Under the pieces are notes generated by a model, which was given only the letters and a program-made list of their open reading frames with translations, did no database searches and was not told the DNA's origin. Below, piece by piece: positions 46,010 through 56,865 of a stretch of DNA of 64,000 nucleotides. The stretch spans positions 124,001-188,000 of the forward strand of contig OZ025674.1 in the NCBI GenBank assembly GCA_964019335.1. Direction: 5' to 3'. Position numbers and translations under genes: made by a program. Every line of letters begins with the position of its first letter. Position 1 is the first letter of the stretch. The stretch comes from Diplonema japonicum. Lineage: Eukaryota > Protista > Euglenozoa: Diplonemea.

Positions 46010-46483
46010 ATGGCGAATGGAGGGACCGAGAACATGAAGTACTGGGCAGCGCATCCACCGAAGTCTGTGGAAGATTGCGGAGTGGTGCTGAGCGCGTTGT
46101 GTAGAGAAGTGCTTGCGTTACAAAGCATGGACGACAGGGTCAGGAGGCTGGAGGGGAAGGTAGATTTGGTGAGGGAAAGCCCCCCACCGCCCACAACACC
46201 TGTTTCCAAAAACTATGATGCCTTTAGGACTGGCCCTCCCGACTTGGACAAGCGAGACATGTCTCCCTCTAGGCTTCCCACTCCTTTACCTACACCGAGC
46301 CGGCAATACACTCAGGCTATTTCTACACCGCTCCCTGTTCATAAATATTGTCCTGAGCTCCCTACTCCACTCTCTCAAGTACGGCTCAACGAGCCTTCTC
46401 CTGGTTACCGAAAACCTCGAATCTTCCCGACGTCCCGTAACACTTCGCGGACCCGCCACTACTGGTCTGTTAGCGATTGTTAA
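46010..46483 (+). CDS. Hypothetical protein, short coiled coil and Pro-rich tail
   Basis: ATG 46010 after a pyrimidine tract; coding composition. Confidence 0.7.
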   Translation: MANGGTENMKYWAAHPPKSVEDCGVVLSALCREVLALQSMDDRVRRLEGKVDLVRESPPPPTTPVSKNYDAFRTGPPDLDKRDMSPSRLPTPLPTPSRQYTQAISTPLPVHKYCPELPTPLSQVRLNEPSPGYRKPRIFPTSRNTSRTRHYWSVSDC

Positions 46484-46660
46484 TGTTTGTAGATTTTTTT
46501 TTTTTTTTTTTCTTTTTTTTTTTCTGTATTCCTTTTGTATACTTCCCTTTTTTTTAAAAAAAAAAACTTTTTTTTTTTTGTTTTGATTTGTTTTTCATTT
46601 ACGTCATACTCTGACACAGGCAGTAACACAAAAAAAAAAAGAGAAAAAAAAGAAGGGAAG

Positions 46661-48583
46661 ATGGTATTCACCATTCTCGCAGCCGTTGACTTCCACCAGA
46701 AGGTGAACTTCGAGTTCAACTTCCCCGCCACTCCCACCATCGCGGAGCTGCGAGAGAGGCTGGAGGCTACGCTGACCACCGAAGCGGCACTCAGGAGGCC
46801 CGCAGGGATGCCTGTGACTCACTTCTCAATCCACCGAATTCAAGTGTTCGACGAGAGAATGGAGATGTGGGTCGATCTTGTGTCCAGCAGCCAGCTGGCA
46901 GACTACTGCCAGATTTATGTTTTCCAGAGAGAGAGCCCCTGGCACAAGGACACGCCGGGGAGGATCCCACCTCCCATCAGGCCGTCCCAGATTCAGCAGC
47001 AGGTCCCTATTCAGCACTTCACACCGAGCCCTTACTCCCCTTCGTCGCCCCTTCCCATCATGGAGACCTCTATCCCCCGCCACACGGTCCCTGCCCCGGC
47101 ACCTGTCGCCGCCTTCTCCGCTTCTCCCTACCGCCCTGTTCCCGTCTCCCCTCCCGTCGACACTCCTAACGTCCGAGGCCTGAGCCCCCCTCGCGTGCAC
47201 GCCGCCCTTGATTACACCGCACCCGAGAGCATGGCCCCTGAGGTCATCACGCACTCTGAGAAGGTACGTGTCGTCTTCGACGAGCTGGACCAGAGGAAGG
47301 CACGCTCTATTTCCTCCGAAGACTGGAACACCGTCTTCTTGAAGCTGCGCCTCAACGTGCCCGACGGCCCCTTCACCGAGGAGACGATCAGCGACCTCTT
47401 CTACAAGAAGGCCGACAGGAACGAGGACTCCTACGTCTCCTTCTCTGAGTTCCAGCTGTTCTGCGAGATGTACCCCAAGCTGCTCGACTCCCTATACTTC
47501 AGGTGCAGGGACCAAGTGCACCACGACTCAAGGAAGGGAAACATGGAGTCTGCTAGGGGCTTGCAAGACGAGCTTGTGAAGAGGAAGGACGACTCGCAGC
47601 AGGAACTGGACGATGCAGAGGCGGGTGTTGCCGCAGCGCAGCAGAACGAAGAGGCGGCTGCCGGTGCTGTGGAAGCGGCGAAGGACATCGAGAAAGACGC
47701 CAGGTATGAAGATGGAATGGACAGCAACACACCACAGGGCTGCAAAGGACAGTGCGCATGGCGAGACTGAGGAGGTTCGTTCCCGCCTTCGCGAGGCACA
47801 GGGGGACCGCGACAGGGCAAAAGAGAACGTGAGGCAGAAGGACACATCGCTGCGCGGTGCCCAACGAGGTGTCGACACTTCTGTGAAGAAGCTCAAGAAC
47901 CAGGAGTCCGAACTGGACAAGGCCAGGAAGGAGCTGGAACGCCTCCAGAGACTTGTCGAGCAGCAGCTCAAAGAAGTGGAGAGGCAGGAGGGGCTTGTCA
48001 ACGACGCTGGGCTGGGCATCGAAAACGCAAAGGCGAAGGTGGACGAACACGAGGCGGCAAAGGGGCAGTCGGAGGAGGAACTTGCTGGTGCCCAGGGTAA
48101 CGTGCAGGGGGTTGAGGACGAGCTGAAGATTGCAATGGACCATGAGCAGAGCCAAACACAGGCACACAGAGACGCCACGAAGGAGGTCAACCAGGCGCAG
48201 ACCCACAAGTCGCATGAAGACCAGGAATTGTCTAAGGCCAGGTACGAAAGAAAACCACATACAACACATTCACATACCACCACAGAGCGAAGGAAGTTCA
48301 AAAGAAGGCAGCACTTGAAAGGGCGAACCGAGCGCTTGAGGACCATGACAAGGTCGTGGAGGCTCTTGAGAACAAAGACAGAGAACTTGAAGACCGTCGC
48401 GCACAAGAGGAGGCGAGAGAGAATGAGCTGCTGGAACAGGAAGTCAGGCTAAGGGAACAACGTGAGTGCATGGAAAAGAAGGAGGAAGCTCTCCGGAACG
48501 CGCACCAGGACTTCACTACTGACGCAGGTCGTTCGTCCCCACTGCGCCAGCGCACCTCTTACCCCACCAACCTCTCGGCTTGA
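46661..48583 (+). CDS. BILBO1: BILBO1-family flagellar pocket collar/cytoskeletal protein; join(46661..47703,47738..48241,48286..48583)
   Basis: N-terminal domain QKVNFEFNFPATPTIAEL...WVDLVSSSQLADYCQIYVFQRESPWHKD; EF-hand DRNEDSYVSFSEF...YPKLLDSLYFR; long coiled coil restored by two introns. Confidence 0.88.
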
Positions 48584-48875
48584 GAGACATGTTAGACCTC
48601 TCCCTTGTCCCGCCACTTGTAGTAAACAGATTCTCACTCCTATTCCCCCCTCCCCTCCCCTCCCTCCGCACAATCCCCTATTGTTATCTTGTAGTAATTT
48701 TCTTTTTTTTTCTTTTAATCCCTGTTTACCCTCGCCCCTTCCCTTTCCCCTTTAGTCTTCGTTTTTTTATCTCTTTTTTTTTTTGGTAACGAAAAAAAAA
48801 AAAAAAAGAAAACGTGTTTCCCTTATTCTCTCTTCTCTTGTATAACTGTCTCCCGTTTAAGCTCCTTCCCCTTCT

Positions 48876-48909
<34 letters not shown>

Positions 48910-49071
48910 CCATTGTTGTTTTTTGTTTTTTCTTTTTCTCTTCTTTTTCTTGTTCCACCCTCTTTTGTTTTTATTTATTTATTTATTTTCTTCTGCTTCT
49001 TCCCAGCTGTGTCTCCCCCCCCCCCCCCCGAAAAACCACAAAATTAAATCAGAAAAAAAAAAAAGAAAAAA

Positions 49072-50379
49072 ATGTTGAAACTAACAGCGATGGTGGCCAT
49101 CATAACGGCAGCGGCCGTTGAGGGAAAGGAACTGAGCATCGTTGATTTCGGTGCAGTGATGACAGACAGGGAGGGGTACGTCAACAGGGACGCGCTTCAA
49201 CACGCCATGGGGAACGCAACGGCTGCCGACGTAGTAGTGGTACCAGAGGGCGACTGGTACGCCTTGGGCGGCGCGAGCATATCTGGGAAACCAAAAATAA
49301 GCCTCGAGCTCCGCGGGTGGCTAAGGGCCGTTGACAACATCGACAACTGGCCCTTAACCGGCACAACATATAACCCGTTCATCAATTTCGGACCACAAAT
49401 CACCGTCAACATGACTGGCCAAGGAGGAATCGACGGTCAGGGCGTCAAATGGTGGAACATATGGATAGTTGACCCGCCGCATTTGACAAGACCGAAGCTT
49501 ATAGTTTGCTATCAATGTGTCAATTCGACCTTCGCAGGCTTCACGATGCACAACAGCCCGAGCTACCACCTCGATTGCGAAGATGTCAAAAATGTCGAGA
49601 TTGCAAATGTGACTGTTCTTGTAGACAGGGCGGAGATGAAGGCTGTTAAAGCTAAGCGGTTAACCACAACTGAACCGGAGGATCTGAACACAGATGGTTT
49701 CGATGTGTCTGGTACCAACGTGTACATTCACGATTGTTACGTGCAGAATGATGACGATTCCATCGCGGTGAAGCCCTGCAGCAGGGAGTGCGTTCACGCG
49801 GACTGCAGTGAAAACATGGTTTTCGAAAGAAACACGCTCATCGGCGTCGGAGCCACCATCGGTTCGGTACCCCCTTCCCCTCACGTGAATTGTGTACGCA
49901 ACATAACCTTCCGTGACATTAAAATGCCCGGAACCGGGAAAGGGATTTATATTAAATCGAACCCGAGGTGTCAGAAAAACTACACCAGTATTATTCAGGA
50001 TGTTTTGTATGAACGGGTGGAGATAATCGAGCCAGCGTGGTGGGCTATATGGATCGGGCCTCAGCAGATGCACGAGCCGGGGCAGTCGTTGGGCGATAGA
50101 TGTGCGTTGACTTACCCCATCGACCCGCACTGTCCCACGCAGGGTTGCACGACGTTCAAGAATATAGTGCTGAAGGATATTGTCATCAGGAAGCCGTTGC
50201 TGTCGCCTGGGGTCGTTATGGGGAATGCATCAAACCCCATGACCGTTACTTTTGATAATGTCACGGTGGTGGATGGCCCGACCGGTGGGAAATTCCCGTT
50301 TGGCAACGAGTACGAGTGCAAGCACACCAGCATGATCGTCAAGGGGGGCACACATCCCGCGCCACGTTGTTCTGTGTAG
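49072..50379 (+). CDS. Secreted glycoside hydrolase family 28 (polygalacturonase-like)
   Basis: Signal peptide; GIDGQGVKWW, NTDGFD, NDDDSIAVK, TIGS, YIKS. Confidence 0.92.
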   Translation: MLKLTAMVAIITAAAVEGKELSIVDFGAVMTDREGYVNRDALQHAMGNATAADVVVVPEGDWYALGGASISGKPKISLELRGWLRAVDNIDNWPLTGTTYNPFINFGPQITVNMTGQGGIDGQGVKWWNIWIVDPPHLTRPKLIVCYQCVNSTFAGFTMHNSPSYHLDCEDVKNVEIANVTVLVDRAEMKAVKAKRLTTTEPEDLNTDGFDVSGTNVYIHDCYVQNDDDSIAVKPCSRECVHADCSENMVFERNTLIGVGATIGSVPPSPHVNCVRNITFRDIKMPGTGKGIYIKSNPRCQKNYTSIIQDVLYERVEIIEPAWWAIWIGPQQMHEPGQSLGDRCALTYPIDPHCPTQGCTTFKNIVLKDIVIRKPLLSPGVVMGNASNPMTVTFDNVTVVDGPTGGKFPFGNEYECKHTSMIVKGGTHPAPRCSV

Positions 50380-50654
50380 TATAAAAATATGTTTTTTTTT
50401 TTTTTTTTTTTTTTTTTTTGCCTATTTCAGAGTGATCGCTTACCAGGCGATCCAGACGACACGAACGTTTTTTTTTTTTTTTTTTTTTTTTTTTTGTTCC
50501 CCTTTCTCTCTCCTTTTTGTTTCTGAAAAAAATTTTTTTTTTTTTTTTTTTTCCCTGTTGTTTTCAGGGATTTTTTTACGGAACTGTATTTTTGCAAGAA
50601 AATATATATAAAAAAAAATAATAATAAAAAGGGAAATAAAAAAAATATATAAAA

Positions 50655-51755
50655 ATGGCTGGTGAAAAGATTGACACCACCAAGTACCGCAAAGTAAAGA
50701 AGGAGAGAGATGAGGAGGAGGCAAAGCCCGACGGTGAAATTCGTGTGAGGTATTTTAAAAAACAAAAAAAAAAAAGAAAGAAAAAAAAAAATACAGTTCC
50801 AAAGAGGATTCAGTTACTGTTATCAAAGGGGGGATTAAACTGCTAAAGGAAGATGGCCACAGAACACTTACCATTAAGGGCCTCGGTGCTGGTATGGGAA
50901 AAAAAAAAGAAAAAAAAAAAAAAAAAAACCCCACACCCACCCAGTCGTGTCAAAGACAATCACTGTTGCTGAAATGATAAAAAGAAGGGTGAAGGGCCTC
51001 CACCAGATTACGGCGCTTGAGCCCACTGTGATCGTTGACAAGTACGTCGCAAAGGATGAGCCTGCGGTATGTGATTTTCTACAAAAAGAAAAAAAAAAAA
51101 AAAATAGGAGGGCGAGGAACCCCTTCCCGAAAAGTCGGTGGAGCGTACGGTGCACCTTATGGAGATCACCTTGTCTCTTGACGAACTTGACACCTCGAAC
51201 CTCGGCTACCAGCCTCCACTCCCTGAGGAGGAGGTCGAAGAGGATGCGGAAATAAACCTCCCCTCCGAGAGGAAAAGCGTTGCAAAGAGAGGCGAAAGAA
51301 AGGGCGGTAGAAGGGAAACCTCCAGGGGCGGTAGGGGCAGCTCCACCAGAGGCGGTAGGGGCAGGGGCGGTGCCGCCACAAGAGAGACGAACTCCTTCGG
51401 CAGAGGAGGCAAGGGACAAGGCAAATCCGGTGGCAAATCGGGCAAAGGCGGAAAGGGTGGCAAGAAAGGCTCCAAGGGAAGCAAAGGGTCCGACAGCGAC
51501 TACTCAAAGAGGGACTACCGTTCGTCTGGCTACGGGTACAACAGCACTCACAGCAGAACTTCCTACCCTTCGTACGGCCGTAGGGATGAATATTCCCAGG
51601 GCTACGGCGGCGGCTACTCCCGATACAACGATAGGCCCCAGTACGAAAGTGGGAAGGGTTACGGAGGTGACCGTTACCAGTCTAACAGGAGGGCCTACCC
51701 CGATACCTCCAGGGGGTACGCGTACGATGACTACTACAACCGCCCTTCTTACTAG
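50655..51755 (+). CDS. Alba (Rpp25-type) RNA-binding protein with RGG/Tyr-rich tail; join(50655..50749,50797..50891,50945..51066,51108..51755)
   Basis: Splicing three poly(A) introns gives EIRVSSK...LTIKGLGAVVSKTITVAEMIKRRVKGLHQIT...MEITLSLDELDTSNLGYQPP followed by RGG repeats. Confidence 0.9.
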
Positions 51756-52026
51756 GTGAATAGTTTTTTTTTTCTTTTCCGTTTATAGTCGGATTAAAAA
51801 AGAGGGGGGGGGGGGGGGAGAAGTGTTTTTTCTTTTCATAAAGTGTTTTTTTTTCTTTTTTCTTACACAACCCTCCCCCAGCTCCAATACAAAAACCTTT
51901 TGAAGAAAAAAAAAATTATGTTTATTGAAGGAGAAAGGTCTACCACCACCCCAGCTTTTCTTTTCTCCCCTCCCCCCGAAACAGTTTTTGTGAACAAAAA
52001 AAAGATGACAAATGTGCGGGCTAAGT

Positions 52027-52081
<55 letters not shown>

Positions 52082-52940
52082 TATTATTTTTTTTCTCCAA
52101 ATATGAATATGGGGGAAAGGGAAGGGTATACCGTGAACAAAGCAAAAAAAAAAAATAATAATAATAATAATAATAATAAAGAGAGGAAATAAATACAGCG
52201 CGCTATACGGGGGTGAGTGCGCCAGGGCTTCTGTATTACTCCCCCCCCCCCCCCCCCTCCCCCAACACACACATTTTTTTTTAAATTAAGCTTTTTGTTT
52301 CTTCTCCCTGCGTCCTCACCCTACCCCTTTTATTTCCCTCTCTTTTTTACCCTTGTACCTTATACTTCAGAAGCAAAATCTCAAAACCTTTTTTTTTCTT
52401 TTTACTTTTGTGTCTTTTTGCTAACGTTTTTATTTTTACTCCCCGCCCCCTTTCCCCACCCTTGTTGATTTTTTTTTAACCTTTCATACTTTCCACACAC
52501 AAGTTACTGTTTAAAACCCAACAATATAAAAAAAAAAAAAAAGAAGAAGAAGCAGGCTACCCCCAAAGATTTCTTCCCCCTACTCCACTGTTCCCCCCCA
52601 TCTTCCCCCAATTTTTTTTTTCACACGAAAATTTTATAAAAAAAAAAGAAATCCCCATCCCACTCCACCTTTTTTTTTTAAGTATTGTCCCCTCCTCCTA
52701 GTCCCGTTATTTGAAGAGAAAACACTGCTAACACTTGCAAATGCTGTTGCACCAACCCACTCTTTTTTTTTTTTTTAATACCTCAGGCCAGGGAGAGGGA
52801 GCGTAGGAGTAAGAGGCCCAGCCTTCTGGCTACCCATGTGTCCTGGTCTATGTTGGCCTGCGGACAGTTAGAGTCAGCAACGGGGGACCAAAAAAAACCC
52901 CCCCTGGGAAAAAAAAGGGGGGGGGGTGGGGAAGGGAAGA

Positions 52941-53858
52941 ATGGACGGCTGCGGTGTGCTGTTGGTGATGAACAAACCGAACATATGCATGAACCTTAAG
53001 GACAAAATAGCGGCTTTTAAAAAAGGACTTTTGGTGCAGAGGCTACACGCAGAGCTCTTGAAGGACGGACTGGTCAACGACATCAGAACGATCGCAGTGT
53101 GCTGGGTGTGCCAGGTGGAGAACGGTGCGATGCACGGGCTGCAAGACAAGGAAGGGGGCTGCGCCGTCTGGGAACCAAGCCCACAAGACGAGTACGAGTG
53201 GGGGTCGGTGGTGAAGGGGAGAGAATTCGAAGAGGATCAAATACTAGTCAAGATCCAGCTGAGGTTCAGCCCCGACGACACCCCACTAGGGATGGACACA
53301 GAGGGCTGTGTGCAGCAATGGCTTCACGCTGCCAACAAAGCAATCCGACCCCCCTCTGTGCTGCAGAGCGACTTAAACACGCACGGAGCATTCCTTGTGG
53401 TGCTGCCTTTACCCTTGCAGCCTTCTCTGCCCGACCACCCCGACAACGTTGCTGCCATGGCGTACTGTGGTAAGATGGACGCTAGCCTCAGCGCGCTTGA
53501 GATGTCTCATAAGAATCTCGTGTCTAGCCTTTGCACGTTGAAGACCGCTCAGCAGCAAATCATCGCATCCATTGTGAGTGGTAAACCTTGGGCCGCGCAG
53601 GCTGCCTCGTATGCTGCTCACGAACAGGATGTTCTTGAAGTCGCCGCAGCAGGGCACGCAACCGCAACAGCTGAAAGCACCAGGGATATCGCTTACACCA
53701 CTGAGTCGGTGCGCTGCACACCATTCCGACAGACTGTCGGGTCTGAACGTGAACTTGTCAAAAAGACGCTTCCTGCGACGAACACCTTCAGAAAGCACAT
53801 GCTGCCCTCGGAGCACCACTTGAAACTGCGTGAGTTGGAAAGCATCATATCGAACTGA
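52941..53858 (+). CDS. Hypothetical protein
   Basis: ~305-aa ORF with coding composition. Confidence 0.75.
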   Translation: MDGCGVLLVMNKPNICMNLKDKIAAFKKGLLVQRLHAELLKDGLVNDIRTIAVCWVCQVENGAMHGLQDKEGGCAVWEPSPQDEYEWGSVVKGREFEEDQILVKIQLRFSPDDTPLGMDTEGCVQQWLHAANKAIRPPSVLQSDLNTHGAFLVVLPLPLQPSLPDHPDNVAAMAYCGKMDASLSALEMSHKNLVSSLCTLKTAQQQIIASIVSGKPWAAQAASYAAHEQDVLEVAAAGHATATAESTRDIAYTTESVRCTPFRQTVGSERELVKKTLPATNTFRKHMLPSEHHLKLRELESIISN

Positions 53859-54028
53859 AAATAATAAAAAAAAAAGATTTCTTTCCCCCCTCACCTTGCG
53901 CTTAGAATGCAGGGAAGAAAAAAAAAAAATGAAGACTTCTGTCTTGCTCTTTTTTTTTTTCTTCTTTTTCTTCTTCTACCTCTTTTCTGTTCTTTGTTTC
54001 CACAAGTAATATCCGCCGTAAAAAAAGA

Positions 54029-56518
54029 ATGCTCGTTACACATGTCATAGCAATCTGCATCTCGGGGGTAGCATCAGGGTGCGACAGGGCTGATAAATTG
54101 AAAGGTGTGGGTGGTGACGTTGAGTTCCGAGCCTTGCGGGACTGTGTGGAATGGCTCGAGGAAGGGGGCGAGGGCGACCTTGGGCTGAGGTATTACAATC
54201 TAGGCGACAACGTACGGAAACAGAACCCGTCCCCAGAAGCAGTGGGGGCCGACAAGCTCGACCCACACTGGAGGGGAAAGGCGGCCGCTGAGTATTACAA
54301 AAAAGCACTAACCATATTTCAACGAAACAGCGCGAACTACGCCATAGGGGTCACCTTCCACAACATAGGTGTTGCCTTGACAAACTCGTCTAGATCTGAT
54401 GCGATTTCAGCATTTCTCAATGCAGTACGCCATCTTCCAGATCAGGCAGAGTCTTACGCAAACGTAGCCGGCTTGTACGCGAAGAACGACAACTTCATCA
54501 AAGCCGCTAAGTACTACAAAGAAGGCTTCGAAAGATCCAACGGTGTTGGACAGCCTGGTGTGTTGTACCTTCGGTTTTTGAACGAGCGAAGGAAGAATTG
54601 TAAGGAGGTTCGAAAGGTTCACAGTGCGTTGAAGGGGGATCCGAAACCTGTCGAAGCGACAGAATTGCTGTGCGACTGCCTGGTCAAGAAGGATAACGAC
54701 ATCGGTACCGCCGTGGAGATTGTTGAGAAAACAGTCGAAAACGACGAAAAAAAAGCAGATATTCTCTTCAATCTCGCAACGCACCTTCTCGACAGCACAT
54801 CGCACGTTGAACACCGTGATAAAATCGAAGAGATGCTCAACAAGGCCGCAATATACCACGAGTGCGACAGACACCGTAAGAATAAGATTAAAAGCAAGGC
54901 TTGTGCGTACGATTATAACAACCTGGGGCTTCTATACGAAAGGGACAAAACTCTTCTGAACAAAGCCGAGCTTTGTTTCAAAAGAGCGATGGAGCTTCAT
55001 AAAGGCAGCTTCCCCAGAGCAGCGACAAACCTCGCGTCCGTTCTGAAGGACCGCGGCGAGGTTGGCAAGTCCATCGACATCCTTCAGCGAACGATCCGGC
55101 AAAACCCGACCTTCGGTGAAGCACACAACAATCTAGCGTCAATGTACTCCGATGGGGAAACAGCTTCGTTGTCGTTGGCCGTGGAGCTGTACGAGAAGGC
55201 TGTAAGATATCTCCCTGAAAACCCGCACCCGATGGTGGGGTTGACCCACGCAACTAAACGATCTTGCATATGGGACAACCAGCAAAGACGGTCCACGGAA
55301 CTCAAACAGAGGTTGTCCGCCAACGAACGCCTCGCAAAGACCGCGAGGGTCCTGCACCTTCTCTCCGAACCGTACCTCGACGAAATCTTCATAAAAAACC
55401 TGATTTCAAACCGCAAGATTCGCGAAAAATTCGAACACGGCACACCGCCGCCTTCGACGTTCTCTGCGGTGATGGTGTCAAGCGATTTCAAAAGACACCC
55501 TGTAGGGCGGATTATCTCAGCGGTATTGGAGGAAAAACCACAGTTTTTCGATTGTTTGATGACATCTGATGCGGAGGACGAAGTGACGGACGGGGTGCGT
55601 GTTTCATGCAAAACTTATGAAAAGAACGTGCTGCCAACCCAACAAACAGCTTTGGTCGCACACGCCTCGATCCTCTTCGACTTAAACGGCGAGACCCAAG
55701 GCGGCCACAACGATCTTTTCGAACGGTTCACCGGTGTCACCGTCGGCTACCTCGGCATGCCGATCGCATTCAACCGTGACTACACCATGGTCGATCTACA
55801 CACGTTTCGGATGACATCCGGTACCAAGGCAGTCCTTTGCCCTTCTTACATCAACGCTTACTCAACAGACGAACCAGAAGAACAAGAACGAGACACCCGT
55901 ACAATGTGTTATCTAGGACAGCACTACAAGATAACGAAGACGATGTGGGGGGTGTGGATGGATGTGTTGATGCTAACGACGAACCTTGGCAGCAGGCTCA
56001 GCCTCACCAGGTGGGGAGACAGCGGCGACAGCATCGATAACCTGTTGAAGGAAGCGGTGAAAAGGGGTATCGACACATCGAGAATCGTTATTTCCGAATA
56101 CAACGACGATGAAGGGTACTACGCCGACTGGCCCGCCCGGTGTCTCTTTGCCTTGGACACACCTGTGTACAATGGGCACGCCACTTCTCTAGACGCGTTG
56201 CAAGCTTATCTCCCGATTGTCACTCTCACCTCCGGCACGCTTCGTTCTTCTGCCACCGCATCGATGCTTAAGGCGGTCGGTCTCAACGGGCTTATTGCGG
56301 GTTCCTTTAAGCGCTACGAGGAGATAGCCGTCGCTTGCTTGCGGGACCCTTCCCTGACCGCTCGTTATAGCCGCACAATTTACGAGGCAAAGCAATCGAG
56401 AACAGGTGTTTTCAACACGAAGCTGTGGGGGGAAAGCCTGGCAGCGGCCACGACAACCATCCACAAGTTGCAAAGAATGGGCGCCACCATGAACGTGATA
56501 CCGTCCGACTGTCTTTAG
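54029..56518 (+). CDS. TPR-containing GT41 glycosyltransferase (OGT/SPINDLY-like) with possible signal peptide
   Basis: TPR repeats; SSDFKRHPVG, DLNGET, YLGMP, HYKIT, LDTPVYNGHATSLDAL...LPIVTL. Confidence 0.88.
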   Translation: MLVTHVIAICISGVASGCDRADKLKGVGGDVEFRALRDCVEWLEEGGEGDLGLRYYNLGDNVRKQNPSPEAVGADKLDPHWRGKAAAEYYKKALTIFQRNSANYAIGVTFHNIGVALTNSSRSDAISAFLNAVRHLPDQAESYANVAGLYAKNDNFIKAAKYYKEGFERSNGVGQPGVLYLRFLNERRKNCKEVRKVHSALKGDPKPVEATELLCDCLVKKDNDIGTAVEIVEKTVENDEKKADILFNLATHLLDSTSHVEHRDKIEEMLNKAAIYHECDRHRKNKIKSKACAYDYNNLGLLYERDKTLLNKAELCFKRAMELHKGSFPRAATNLASVLKDRGEVGKSIDILQRTIRQNPTFGEAHNNLASMYSDGETASLSLAVELYEKAVRYLPENPHPMVGLTHATKRSCIWDNQQRRSTELKQRLSANERLAKTARVLHLLSEPYLDEIFIKNLISNRKIREKFEHGTPPPSTFSAVMVSSDFKRHPVGRIISAVLEEKPQFFDCLMTSDAEDEVTDGVRVSCKTYEKNVLPTQQTALVAHASILFDLNGETQGGHNDLFERFTGVTVGYLGMPIAFNRDYTMVDLHTFRMTSGTKAVLCPSYINAYSTDEPEEQERDTRTMCYLGQHYKITKTMWGVWMDVLMLTTNLGSRLSLTRWGDSGDSIDNLLKEAVKRGIDTSRIVISEYNDDEGYYADWPARCLFALDTPVYNGHATSLDALQAYLPIVTLTSGTLRSSATASMLKAVGLNGLIAGSFKRYEEIAVACLRDPSLTARYSRTIYEAKQSRTGVFNTKLWGESLAAATTTIHKLQRMGATMNVIPSDCL

Positions 56519-56614
56519 AATAACAAAAAAAAGGAGGAAGAAAAAAAAAGGGGGGGGGGAATAACATAAGTATTTGTATCTTAACTGCCATCGTTATTTC
56601 TTTGCATGAATATA

Positions 56615-56808
56615 CTAACTTGACCTCCTTTCGAAATGCTCGAAAAACGCTCAAAGTCGGCCCAGCTTTTTAAAATGCCAACTGGGGGGGGGGGGGGGGG
56701 GGGAGTGCTTTGAGCATTTTAAAAAATAATGGGTTGGGCGGTAAGGTGCCTTCAGCCCAGGTGTTTTGCGCTGCATATCCTGAACTCCCGAACCCAAGGT
56801 CAAGTTAG
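56615..56808. mobile_element. MITE-like 194-bp element with perfect 12-bp terminal inverted repeats
   Basis: CTAACTTGACCT (56615-26) / AGGTCAAGTTAG (56797-808); internal inverted repeat GCTCAAAG/CTTTGAGC. Confidence 0.4.
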
Positions 56809-56865
56809 CAATTTTCTCTAGATAGATTTTTCTTTTTTTAAAGGAGGAAAGGGGGAGCGGGTAAA

